From Octopus bimaculoides (taxonomy: Eukaryota): a DNA stretch of 64,000 nt. The position numbers were made by a program, and so were the translations under genes. Location of the stretch: NCBI RefSeq assembly GCF_001194135.2, contig NC_068994.1, positions 52,672,102 to 52,736,101 on the forward strand, read 5' to 3'. Below, piece by piece: positions 51,391-64,000 of this stretch (position 1 is the stretch's first letter; each line of letters starts with the position of its first letter). Below the pieces are notes generated by a model, which was given only the letters and a program-made list of their open reading frames with translations, made no database searches and was not told where the DNA came from.

Positions 51391-51571
51391 GACTCACACA
51401 ATCACTCTCCAATTATGTGAGTGTGTGTATGGGTGTATTTAAACTTTTATTTTTATGTGTTTCAGTAATTTGACTACTCACACAAACACAAACACACACG
51501 CACTTAGATACTAAATGACGCGCTCACCCGCACATACTACTCAGACAAACAAATACACGCACAGAGATACT

Positions 51572-51606
<35 letters not shown>

Positions 51607-51614
51607 TCATCATC

Positions 51615-51795
51615 TCCGTACTCTCCTGTCATAAAAAATCCCTTCTGCTATTTCTACTTCCGGCCTCTGCAGTAATGTGCTGTTGGCGATTACTTTGCCC
51701 TCTTTGGACTTTCCCTTTTTCCCTTCCGACGATCAGCTATGCTCGGAACGTCAAACTCTCACGTTTCACCGAGCGTCAAGGTAATACATTTCTTG
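51615..51795 (+). mobile_element. Second, more degenerate copy of the hammerhead-bearing repeat
   Basis: ccttCCGACGAtcAGCtatGCTcGGAACGTCaaactctcac..ccgagcgtcaaggtaatac aligns with the reverse complement of 22725-22796. Confidence 0.55.
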
Positions 51796-51824
51796 AGCAG
51801 GGCCTCTTGTTGTCCGTTAATTTT

Positions 51825-51883
51825 ACTCGGAACTATGTGGTTGGTAAGCAAGCTACTTACCACACAGTCACTCCTATGCCTAC
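51825..51883 (-). mobile_element. SINE family A head fragment
   Basis: cggaactatgtggttggtaagcaagctacttaccacacagtcactcctatgcc. Confidence 0.85.
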
Positions 51884-51895
51884 ATAAGTATATAT

Positions 51896-52050
51896 ATAAA
51901 ATTATAATTAAGCGTATCTAAGAGATACCACCATGCTAGATATAGCAGCCAAAGCTTGACTCTAAAACCACATTAAATGTTTAGATTCAAGTTTTGGCTG
52001 CTATATCTAGCATGGTGGTATCTTTTAGATACCCTTAATTATAATTTTAT
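51896..52050. repeat. Long inverted repeat (71-bp arms, 13-nt loop), MITE-like hairpin
   Basis: Arms 51896-51966 and 51980-52050 differ at 4 of 71 positions; two of these are G:U pairs on the plus strand. Confidence 0.95.
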
Positions 52051-52143
52051 TAATGATCATTACCTATGAGGTTTTTATTCCCATGTTGGCCACCTGATAT
52101 GATCGGTATTTTAAATAACGATTTCATCCTTATATAAATTTAC

Positions 52144-52181
<38 letters not shown>

Positions 52182-52650
52182 GTATGCACGCATGCGTGAA
52201 TGTATTCTTTTCTTTGTTGCCTCATCTGCACATATGTATGAGGCTATGGGTTTTCTGTATGCTCTAAATGAAAACAGCTTAGGTGTCTATGGTACAAAGA
52301 GACACAAAAGTATACATATTTCCCGTTTAAATGCATGCGTATCACTAGAGACTCACACAAGAATATAAAATATATATTTAGTTTGTATGTATACACAAAC
52401 ACACACACGCAAACACGCATATTAAATGAATTTTGTACCTTGGCATATTTATACATTTGAGTGTAAATAAAATGACATATCAATAAATATACAATATGTA
52501 ATAAATATATAGCGATACATATATATGCATATATCCATATATATGTATAAGTACTTACATGTCCATATACAGGCATATATACAAGCATATATTTATATAT
52601 ATAAACATGCATACATACACATACACGAACACATACACACGCACACACTC

Positions 52651-52708
<58 letters not shown>

Positions 52709-53316
52709 ATAAATATAAAACTTCAGAGACATATATATATACACACGTTAATGGACGAGCGTACAGGCGGACTGACTTACAGCAAACAACTGAAGTCTTT
52801 GTAAATAGTTTGATATTCTGCTTTATAATTATACTTGCTCACACACCACACATCCACACACTCATGTAAGCATATACATATATATATATATATATCCATA
52901 CAATCAGTTCCTTAGAAATTAAGTCTGCAGAAAGTTTAAACTTATTCGAATGATTGTTTTACGTATTTTTCTCAGTTTACACAAACATTTTCTCCGTGCT
53001 AAGTAAAGCAGGCATTTGTGTCATAGGAGACCCATTAATTAATCCCTTTGAGTTGGCTTCTCTCACAGTAGAGGCATCAAATTACGACAGCATTGAGAGA
53101 GAGTTTTTGTTATTCGATTGCAACTGTAGCATATCATTTATAAGTGCTTTGTTTTCCACATCGTGTCCATGATATATCAACAGATGTGGTTATTTGAGAA
53201 TAGAGGAAAGTTTGCCTGTATCGAAGCATGTATAGACAAATATTTATTAACGCACACTCGTATGCAAACGTTTGAATATATATTTATAAATACATACATG
53301 CACACATATGTGTATG

Positions 53317-53370
<54 letters not shown>

Positions 53371-53412
53371 TATAATTATATATGTATACATATATATATA
53401 TATAAACACATC

Positions 53413-53449
<37 letters not shown>

Positions 53450-53541
53450 ATAATATATATATATATATATACATATACACACACACACACACACACAGAG
53501 GCTGCGATGTGTAAATTGTCGCCATATTATGTCTTAACTTT

Positions 53542-53741
53542 CGCGCATGCGCATTGTTTGATTTTGTTTTGGTTGACTACACAGTATAGTAGGGTCAGCT
53601 GTGCACCGTCTGTGGGAAAAACAGCACTAAGACGCACTTCACGCAGATTCATGTTATTGAAACGCAAGCGTCATACCAGAATGCCACGCCTGCGCCCACA
53701 TATGTATTTTACATATCAAATGCAAATAAGTTTATTTGCAT
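53542..53741. promoter_or_regulatory. Candidate cis-regulatory cluster (NRF1-type site, E-box, inverted octamer pair)
   Basis: CGCGCATGCGCA at 53542-53553, CAGCTG near 53596, and ATGCAAATAA-GT-TTATTTGCAT at 53720-53741. Motif matches only. Confidence 0.3.
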
Positions 53742-54741
53742 CACTATCTCCATATCAGCTCACCTGCATTCGTCTTATAGCCATGCTTTCCCCGTCGATA
53801 AAGGCTTCGAAATGAAAACTCAAATCATGCGAGCACTACTACGTGTCTGGTTTCCATCTCTGGATATCCTATATATATATACGTATATGTGTGTGTATTT
53901 ATATATTCATACGTATACAGATAGACATGTAAATATAGTTAGACATAAGCCACAGCAGTATGCCTTTCTATAGTGGAATACATATTTAGTATGGCACACA
54001 GATTTAATTTAATGCTGAATCACTTGCGATCTGAGTGCCACCCACCAAGCACTCCGCAATATCACTAAATCTATTATTCGGTTTTTCTTACATATTGACG
54101 CACGAAAATGTGTGACCAATTACTACGCATTTCACAAAACATGAAATGTTCGAAACGCTTCTAATATTCCCCTTCACTGCTGCTGTGACGATATTTATTT
54201 CGCTTCTGTAGATATTGTACTTTTAATAAAACATGTCTAGGAAAAGTCATTCTCTCAGACAAAATCCACATGAGTATGCTTTTTTCGGTTTATATATATA
54301 TGCGTGTGTGTTTGTGTATATAAAGACAAACACGCATATATAGAGGGATGGTTAGGTCGATAGATAGATAGATTAATGATAGATAAATAGATAGATACTA
54401 TAGCCAATAAAAAACAGCAAAAAGATCGCAATCAGACGGACAACGATAGATATTCTTAGAAAAAGATCAGTTGACACGATATAGATGAGATGATACGTGT
54501 AAAGGTGGTTGCTTTATACATCACTTTTACATCGTTTTCAAGGAGATAAAATTATTATATAAATATATACGTTTATGAATGTGGACATGGACAATCACAT
54601 ACTCAGGAACACACACGTGCGCGCGTATATATGCACACAACTGCATGCATTGCTATATATATAAACTCGTGTGTGTACGTGTATGTCGTCAACCATGAGT
54701 GTAAAATGGCGCCGTGTAAAAAAAAAACATTCGCGCCCAAA

Positions 54742-54790
<49 letters not shown>

Positions 54791-55579
54791 CATATATGTA
54801 TATGTATATATATGTATTTATATATATACATATATATACTTACACCTACACACACATACATACAAACACACGCACACACACACATATATATATATATATA
54901 TACAGAAACGGAAATGCATCTTTGTTGTGTACGTATATATCTTTTATGTTTCGTGCGAGTATATACATGCGTGTGTATGTCTGTATGGTTTTGTAAAACA
55001 ATATAGCGTTATTGATTTGGTTATAAATTGGGATCTATTAAATGTGTGTCGTATGGCATTGCCAGAATATCATATTACAAATCAAACATTCGCCAGGGGA
55101 CGGCCATTTTGCCATAACATTGTTTAATGTTAACATTGCTTGTCTAGAAATATAAATAACAGGAACATTGCAAAAACAGATCATGAATATAGGAATAGAT
55201 TCACACATTACGTTTATCACTATATATATATATATATATATACTATATATATATATATATACTATATATNNNNNNNNNNNNNNNNNNNNNNNNNNNNNNN
55301 NNNNNNNNNNNNNNNNNNNNNNNNNNNNNNNNNNNNNNNNNNNNNNNNNNNNNNNNNNNNNNNNNNNNNNNNNNNNNNNNNNNNNNNNNNNNNNNNNNNN
55401 NNNNNNNNNNNNNNNNNNNNNNNNNNNNNNNNNNNNNNNNNNNNNNNNNNNNNNNNNNNNNNNNNNNNNNNNNNNNNNNNNNNNNNNNNNNNNNNNNNNN
55501 NNNNNNNNNNNNNNNNNNNNNNNNNNNNNNNNNNNNNNNNNNNNNNNNNNATAGAGAACAGTACATGAGAGGTAATATA

Positions 55580-55700
55580 ATTTTATTGACCCGGCAAGAA
55601 TAAAATGCAAATTTGGCCTCGACGGTATTTAAAGCCCAGAGCGCCACCAGTGGGGAGAAATGCGGCTAATCACTTTAATTTGTCAAACGATTCTGACAGT
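55580..55700 (-). mobile_element. SINE family B, highly degenerate
   Basis: ttttattgaccc..aatgcaaa..cctcgacgg..aaatgcggcta..aacgattctgacag. Confidence 0.6.
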
Positions 55701-55712
55701 AGTTATAGTATT

Positions 55713-55783
<71 letters not shown>

Positions 55784-55835
55784 CATTACTATATTTTAAA
55801 AAGGATTGAGGTAACTCTTCACGAAGGTAAAATAG

Positions 55836-55944
55836 TCAAGACGAAGAGCGCGATTCGATTGTATGGATATTTTATTTTATTCGTTGAACAATATCGTTCA
55901 ACGAATAAAATATCTTTACAATCGAATTGCGCTCTTCGTCTTGA
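55836..55944. repeat. Long inverted repeat (about 49-bp arms, 6-nt loop)
   Basis: tcaagacgaagagcgcgattcgattgta..attcgttgaac / gttcaacgaat..tacaatcgaattgcgctcttcgtcttga, with 3 substitutions and one 5-nt indel. Confidence 0.95.
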
Positions 55945-55958
55945 TTATTATCATTATT

Positions 55959-56039
55959 ATGAAAATCCTCTGGAATTTCCCAATCCAAACAGATGAATTG
56001 CTAGAGCATAACAGACCGGATCTAGCTGTGGTGGCTAAG
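55959..56039 (+). mobile_element. R4/Dong-clade restriction-like endonuclease fragment
   Basis: KILWNFPIQTDELLEHNRPDLAVVAK, matching KILWDFxIQTDxxIxHNRPDIVVVDK. Confidence 0.9.
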
Positions 56040-56119
56040 GTGCAACACAGATTCTACCAGCTCACCTGATCCTAATAATTTGGGGGAACTGAGCAGTCAA
56101 TTGCATTAGTGCACACACC

Positions 56120-56318
56120 GGTACCTATTTTATTAATCCCGAAAGAACGAAAGCCAACGTGGATATTCGCGATATTCTTTTATTGTTTTAATCATTTCAA
56201 CCTTAAGTCTTTGGCCATGCTGGAACACCACCAGTGTATGAAATCAGAAAATAAATCGGCGGAAGAAATGCCGCTAAATACTTTGTCAGACGTGCTAATG
56301 ATTCCACCAGCTCGCCGC
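56120..56318 (-). mobile_element. SINE family B interrupted by a SINE-A-type tail fragment (about 56190-56235)
   Basis: gtacctattttattaatcccgaaag..[atttcaacc..tggccatgctggaacaccacc]..aaatgccgctaa..gtgctaatgattccaccagctcgccgc. Confidence 0.7.
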
Positions 56319-56680
56319 TTTAATCATAACAATAACAACAATAAATAGCGAAAACAACTTCTAGCAGTAACAAATAACTCTCAATTTTAGTGTTGCTAAG
56401 GAAGACCATAGTCTGTTAATGGAGTTCACACACAAACACAGAGGTATAACATAACGGCAGATGGAAAGGAAACAAATTAATGTTTTTACAAAACGAAAAC
56501 AGTCAGACTGCTGATTAAAATCGCACACGGTGTCTACACATAATTTCTTAAACAATATTCCCGTCTGGTTTTTAATAAGAAACCTAAATCGAACATGTTT
56601 GAGGGACACTTCGGGCACCAGCAGTCTGCATCACCAACAGCGACCTCAACAGTAACGTCAGCAGTAATAATAATAATAAT

Positions 56681-56893
56681 GGCTTCAGATTTTAGCACAA
56701 GGCCAACAATTTAAAGGGAGGGCTAAGTCGATGAGAGCGACCCCTGTAATCAACTGCCACTTATGTTATCGACCCCGAAATGATGAAAGGAAAAGTCGGC
56801 CTCAATGGAATTCAAACTTAGAACGTAAATACTGACGGAATGCTGCTAAGCATTTTGTCCGGCACGGGGACGATTTGTGCCATATCACCACCT
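56681..56893 (-). mobile_element. SINE family B with (AAT)n tail
   Basis: gcacaaggcc..atcgaccccgaaa.gatgaaagg.aaagtcg.cctc..gctaagcattttgtccggcacg. Confidence 0.8.
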
Positions 56894-57324
56894 TAATAAG
56901 GGAAACAGTCATAGCATTGGTGTGTAAGGAAAGCGATAATTTGATGTGTACAATTTACAATTTACCTAATTCTCTATTCATACGTTGAGTAAACGAAATA
57001 CCAAAATATATCACAAACACCCCCCCACCNNNNNNNNNNCACACACACACGTGTAGAGGTACTGCCAAATGTTATGGCGGATCATATTCATGGTGTTATT
57101 GCATTTTCTTGTCATTTTCTCAGTAATCTATTCAGCATTTAATATAATGTTCTTGTTTTGCCAAGTATATTCTCTCCACGTCGTAACGGCACGTGGCATA
57201 ATTCTTGAAGAATTGGACGAATAATTAACGCTATATAGATATTAAATTAAAGAAAAAATACGATGCTGCAGAAATTAATTAAAGTTATATATATAACATT
57301 CCGTAGGTTAATACATCGACTGTA

Positions 57325-57470
57325 CTAGATGATCCAATCAGCGGAACAGCTCAACATTCTCTTGAAATCAGCATGTGAGTGACGGAGTCCCTCATAGACA
57401 TGATTTGCTGAGATATTAAGCGTGACAGAACGTGACAAGGCAGGCCGTATGAATTACTGGTGCGATTCAT
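57325..57470 (-). mobile_element. SINE family D fragment, degenerate
   Basis: gatccaatcagcggaacagc..gcgtgacag..gtgacaaggc.ggcc aligns with 8590-8725. Confidence 0.6.
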
Positions 57471-59895
57471 TTTTGACAAATGAATGGTCGAAACACGAAT
57501 CGAACGACATTAGGATCGTGATCGGATTAGCTTAACCACTAACCTACATCATCAGACTTCTGTGATTATACACCTCTCCACACATTCACACACATCGCAC
57601 TCACCCTTCATCCGTTCTTACCCTTCCCCACCACCGTAGGGCTGCTTTTCCACCTCCCACCTAACCACTTACCCGTTTTTCTTTTCTACTCTAAGACTTT
57701 TTCCTTATTCAGACTCTTCCAATACTTTTCTTCTACATTTTTAATCTGTTGGACTACTGTCCGAGACGTTTAGATTATTTTATGCCCCTTCATTTGACAA
57801 GTGAAACTAATCAAATATTTGGTAAATCGCTTCCCTTCATTTCTGTTTTTTTCATCTTGCTTTTAGTTATTTCATTCAACATACATACACAGACACATAT
57901 ACACATACAATCACACATACATGCACACGCATACACACACGCGCAAACACAGATCTACGAAAACTATCTCAGTCTCACCTGAGAAAAGTGTATTAATGAA
58001 AGAAACTCGAATATGAACACCATAAGTATGGTAGTTGTGTCGGAGTCTAATGAAGCAAGACGCTACTTTGTAAAACATGTTTTAAAGAAATAAAAAACAG
58101 ATGTAGAGAAAACATATATAAACTGATGCCAAAAATCATAAAGACATTTTGTTTTTATTATCAAAGTAGAAAGAGCGTGATCTAAAATGATAAAAGGCAA
58201 CAAAAGCACCCGCATAATCAGAAGACAGAATATCATTAAAGAAAATCAAATGATAAAAGAATCAGAAAGAATATCAGACGCAAGTGAAATTTATTTAATA
58301 TTATAATGAAGTGAATATGATACCATCTCTCTCATCCTCAACTTTGAGGCAAGTAAATTGAATCATTTCTTTTATCAATCAATCAGTGGAAGTTTTTTTT
58401 TTATGTATTTCAATGTTGTTTGTATGCTTTTAATCATCGAGAATTTGAAGTAATGACACAGAATATTCAAAATACTTCCGCTATGATATATTGTAAACAC
58501 TTACAAGAATCTTTTTCTTTGATCTGCTGCATGACAACATTTTAAATTTTTACTCACCCAACTAAAGAAACCTACTTTATTTGGATCATATACATCCACA
58601 CATACATACACACAAAACAACAAAGCGACATCTCGTTATATGTACATATGTAGGTATGTATGCGTATATATTCACGTATGTTCTAAAAGAGTGTCAGAAT
58701 CCGCATCGATGCCTCTTCACTAAGAAATGAAATATATTTCCCCTCAATGGAATATATCTCTCACGTATCATACAGTGTGAATAATTATAACGTTTTAAAA
58801 GAGGATGATACTATATTATATATTTAGAAGAGAAGGTTGATATTACGCTATAATTGTAGGATAGGTTGACGTATAATATTTCTAGAAGAGGTCTATTTTA
58901 TAATATTTTTGGAAAAAATTGATATTACATTTTAATTGCACTAAAACACAAAGTAGCGGTTTCCGTTTTCAGGATTGTTCGGTGTGTAAATGCAGCAGAA
59001 CACGAAGAATCGTTTACCACGTGCACGCACAAGCAGACACACATACACACACTTACACACATATATACACGAATACATGCATACACACACACACACACAC
59101 ACACGCACACACACACACACGCATACTTATATACACACACTCACTCGAGATGCATACTATTTCTTAAGGGTACAGTAAAGAAAGCGATTCAGAGCACTCT
59201 AGTTGCTGGTTGTCTGAGAGGATGCTTAAATATGTTGCATTTAAGCTACAGGGCGAATCAATATGTCTCACAGATTCATAAATCTTCTTATATATATACG
59301 AGGTATAGTCAAACACAGGAAGGACGCGGCCACCTGATACCCATGTGGACTTTGCTCATGCGTTATCATTATGTGGCAAAAAAAAAATCAAGATTCTATA
59401 CTTTTTGATTACATCTCGCATATTCAATATTAAATACACCGTATAGACCAGTTTAAACTGTGATGGTAACTGGGAAGATAAAATAGAGAGATACTAGTTA
59501 CATGAAGACACTTCTATCTACCAAACTTTCTAAACAACAGAGCACTGCAAAAAAATATAGGCGTTCGCTTTCTTTCATTCTCTGTTGCAATTTTAATGAT
59601 AGACGGTGGGACATTAGCTAACGCAGTATACGGTACTAACATTACGTGGCATATATAATCAATTTGAGTCAATACATTTCGGTGCAATTTTATCAAACGG
59701 CGAAAAAGATAATTCAAACATACAACTTTAGAAAGTTATGGTGTATTTACCGCAGGCTACACCCACGACGCACTCAGAAAATAAACACATATATGTGTAT
59801 GTATGTATGTATGTATGCATGTATATATATATATACATAAATAATGAATGTCTATATACATACACACATACACATATATATGTATCTATACGAAT

Positions 59896-59940
<45 letters not shown>

Positions 59941-59949
59941 AGCATACAT

Positions 59950-59980
<31 letters not shown>

Positions 59981-60690
59981 TATATGTATATATATATATA
60001 TGAATGTGTGTATACATATATGTTTATATATTTATTGCACTCCCATATGCATGTGTGTGAATGTGCAGGTGAACCTTAATGACCTATTCAACTCTAAATA
60101 ATAAATTTTACTCCTCAAATCTCCAGAGTGCCACTATCAATAAATGAATTGTTGTTGTCTATAAAATTTGATCGGCATTACCACGTAATGTTTACACATA
60201 CGTGCGCGTCCACACACACATACACATAAACACACACACTCGCGTATATGCGTGTATTCAAGTTTATCATCGCGTAAGTACAGTGTTATATTTTAGCCCT
60301 TAGTAATGACCTCACTATCTGAAGTTTACTAACTCTTATATATATTATTCATTCCATATAAAAAAAAGAGATGCACAGCATACACTCCACAGAAAGTAGT
60401 TAGATAAAATATAATTGACTAAATCCCTGGAAGTCAATCACAAATTCAAGGAAAAGACGACACTGCAAGGCAAATGGAAGATATGAATAAAACCAAGCTT
60501 ATATACATAAATGAAGAGCCGTCTAGGGATATCGTTTTAACCTCTGCACTTGGCCATTAAAAATTTTCTGAATGTGACACCAATGGTTATAAATGCTACA
60601 AGCAAGCTATAAGAATTATATTTTTATCTTCATATGTACACAATTTAATCATTTACGAGAGACGGAGAACGACGGCACATACTGAGGTTT

Positions 60691-61222
60691 AATCTTTTAC
60701 TTGTTTCAGTTATTAGACTACGGCCATGTTGGGGCAGCGCCTTGAAGAATATTTAATCGACTGAATCTACCCCAGTACTTGTTTACAATTAAAGCTTGGT
60801 ACTTATTTCTATCGGCCTATTTTGCCAAACCGCTAAGTTACTGGAACGACAACAAACGAATATAGGACAAACACATACGCACACGCACATATACACACAC
60901 ATGCATACATATGCAGACACGCATACACACATATGCTCACACATGCAGACATATGCACACACACACATTCACACATATACACACACATTCGCATATATGC
61001 AGGTGTTGCAGATAAAATGAGACCAATTTTAAGTAATTCGTTTTTTTTTTTTTTTTTTTGACAAAACCTCGAGAACAGAATGTCATGGAACAACTGAATC
61101 GTTCCGCGATTGTTTTGGCGCACTTCGGGCACACTGCCAATAAAATTATCTAGTGCTGGTACTAAACAATCAATGGTCTCAACGTTTTTTGTCAACTGAG
61201 AAACACAAACACAGACACATAA

Positions 61223-61281
<59 letters not shown>

Positions 61282-61440
61282 CATATATACGACGGGCTTC
61301 TTTCAGTTTCCGTCTACCAAATCCGCTCATAAGGCTTTGGTCTGCCCGAAGCTATACTAGAAGACACTTGCTCACGGTGCCATGCATTGGGACTGAACCA
61401 GGAACCATATGGTTGGTAAGCAAGCTACTTACCGCACAAC
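60691..61440 (-). mobile_element. SINE family A with an expanded internal microsatellite and a nested insert of about 200 bp
   Basis: The 3' half at 60691-60870 and 5' half at 61288-61440 are colinear with the family consensus and separated by CA/TA tracts and 61000-61198. Confidence 0.85.
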
Positions 61441-61989
61441 GTTTTTCGTATGTGTATATGTATATTTATATTTGCGTCGGTGCACACGCACAGAACGCCA
61501 CGCACATGCAAGCTGCTACCCACACGCTCTCTCCAGATACGTATAACATCAGCGCCTTACTTATTTCCGTATATATTCATTGACCATTAGAGAAGTTGTT
61601 CGACTTTTATTATTCATTAGAAATGTGTATAAGAAATATAACTTCCTTTCTATAATTGTTTTCTAGTCTCGAATCATTGTGTTTTTTCTTAATCTTTCAA
61701 TGATATTTGCGAAACATGTTAAGGATTACTTTTACTGTACCATTTATATTTTCCCCAATACTTCTAACAGTTATAGATCAGGCGAAGGAACTCCTCAAAA
61801 CGCAGAGTTTTAGAGCGATACAAATCATCAAAGCATTCAGCAATATTTGCAAAACTGTCTTAAAATTAGATATATATGACTGATTGATCTCCCAAAAACA
61901 TCAAACGGTTGTCAGAGTTTGTCTTAACGTTCCTAAAAATCAATATAGGTTTATGTCATGGATAGTATGTTGCAGATACTTAAGTGCTT

Positions 61990-62116
61990 AGGTATGTATG
62001 TATGTATGTATGCACGTATGTATGTATGTATGTCTGTGTGTATGTATGTATGTATGTGTGTGTGTGTATATGTAAGCATGTATGTGTATGCGTATATATA
62101 TATATANNNNNNNNNN

Positions 62117-62154
<38 letters not shown>

Positions 62155-62277
62155 ACAAACACATACACATATACATATATAGATATACATGCGTGTGCTT
62201 GTGTGGATATGTATATGTACATCTATCTATCTACCTGTCCATCTATCTATCTATCTATCTATCTATCTATTTATCTA

Positions 62278-62322
<45 letters not shown>

Positions 62323-63075
62323 NNNNNNNNNNNNNNNNNNNNNNNNNNNNNNNNNNNNNNNNNNNNNNNNNNNNNNNNNNNNNNNNNNNNNNNNNNNNNN
62401 NNNNNNNNNNNNNNNNNNNNNNNNNNNNNNNNNNNNNNNNNNNNNNNNNNNNNNNNNNNNNNNNNNNNNNNNNNNNNNNNNNNNNNNNNNNNNNNNNNNN
62501 NNNNNNNNNNNNNNNNNNNNNNNNNNNNNNNNNNNNNNNNNNNNNNNNNNNNNNNNNNNNNNNNNNNNNNNNNNNNNNNNNNNNNNNNNNNNNNNNNNNN
62601 NNNNNNNNNNNNNNNNNNNNNNNNNNNNNNNNNNNNNNNNNNNNNNNNNNNNNNNNNNNNNNNNNNNNNNNNNNNNNNNNNNNNNNNNNNNNNNNNNNNN
62701 NNNNNNNNNNNNNNNNNNNNNNNNNNNNNNNNNNNNNNNNNNNNNNNNNNNNNNNNNNNNNNNNNNNNNNNNNNNNNNNNNNNNNNNNNNNNNNNNNNNN
62801 NNNNNNNNNNNNNNNNNNNNNNNNNNNNNNNNNNNNNNNNNNNNNNNNNNNNNNNNNNNNNNNNNNNNNNNNNNNNNNNNNNNNNNNNNNNNNNNNNNNN
62901 NNNNNNNNNNNNNNNNNNNNNNNNNNNNNNNNNNNNNNNNNNNNNNNNNNNNNNNNNNNNNNNNNNNNNNNNNNNNNNNNNNNNNNNNNNNNNNNNNNNN
63001 NNNNNNNNNNNNNNNNNNNNNNNNNNNNNNNNNNNNNNNNNNNNNNNNNNNNATCTATCTATCTATCTATCTATT
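61990..63075. repeat. (TATG)/(TA)/(ATCT) microsatellites flanking a 730-N gap
   Basis: Visible runs on both sides of the gap at 62323-63052. Confidence 0.9.
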
Positions 63076-64000
63076 TAATTTGAGAGGAAACATCTTACCA
63101 CACTGCCACGACTGCGCCAATAAACGATTTACATTTAGTAATTTAAACATTTCTCATTGCAAATATTTATTGTTGGTAATTAATTTATTTTAACACATTA
63201 ATACTTTATGCTAAATACAAATAATTTGTGTTAAATCTACATCTTCTTCTTGAATATATACGCTGGCATCATCCCCGTTTAGTATTTCAGATGCGTAAAT
63301 GTGGAGTACATTAATTATCATGCTATAAAACATTAGACGTTTACAGAGACAGTGGCGTCCAGAATTTACTATAACATACACATCTAAATCTTTCTGATAT
63401 ATGTGAAGATATATCATAACAGACTTTTGTCACTGATATGTTTTCATGCGGCATTTATGATTTATAAAACATATATTTCATAAATAACAACTGCATGTAT
63501 CCATGTATCGTATGGATTCAGTTACGTGCTATTCAGTAATATATTAACATTTATACATTCGTATAATTACAGCTGAAATTTGTTTAAGGGCCCAAAGCAA
63601 AGCATTCGCATATGGCTTCGGTTTTGTGATTAACGAGAAATGTATAATAAACAATGGTTAATAATCTGCAACAAAATATGAAAGTAGATATTTGGTTATA
63701 GATTATAAGTCCCCGTAAATATATATCTGTGTATAATTTATGCAGCACATGCGTACATAAATACATAAACACGTATATACGTATTATATACATATATATA
63801 TATTAAGACACGTGCATGTATGTACATACGCACACATTGAGGCAGAGCGATAAATGAATGAGTATGTACATATGTAGATATATATATTTATGTATGTATG
63901 TATGTATGTATGTATGTATGTATGTATGTATGTACGTATATATGTGTGTGGGTATGTATATGTACATAATATCATATATATATATATATATATATATATA

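Noticed and set aside
54703-55111. YY1-like motifs (aaaatggcg at 54703, gccattttg at 55103; also aaaatggcgg at 9746)
   Set aside because: Isolated short motifs in microsatellite-rich DNA, with no CpG island or other promoter evidence.

Overview
AT-rich eukaryotic DNA with many microsatellites and 14 N-gaps. The SINE families and repeat make-up suggest a coleoid cephalopod such as Octopus (inference). I could not support any intact protein-coding gene, rRNA, tRNA gene or CRISPR array; almost all ORFs in the supplied track are translated microsatellites or gaps. The window reads as intronic or intergenic DNA full of mobile-element relics: several tRNA-derived SINE families, mariner/Tc1 fragments and MITEs, a hAT transposase relic, R4/Dong-clade, RTE-clade and Penelope-like retroelement fragments, and two long hairpins. 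The most notable observations are (1) an unmutated 66-nt U6 snRNA fragment fused to a retroposon 3' tail, (2) two degenerate copies of a repeat carrying a minimal type I hammerhead-ribozyme fold, (3) a Penelope fragment with a perfect 32-bp inverted duplication at its 5' end, (4) a head-to-head inverted RTE fragment resembling twin priming, (5) a Dong-like 3' end sitting inside a (TAA)n array, and (6) a 33-bp element made only of two fused mariner TIRs. All alignments and translations were done by eye, with no database searches.
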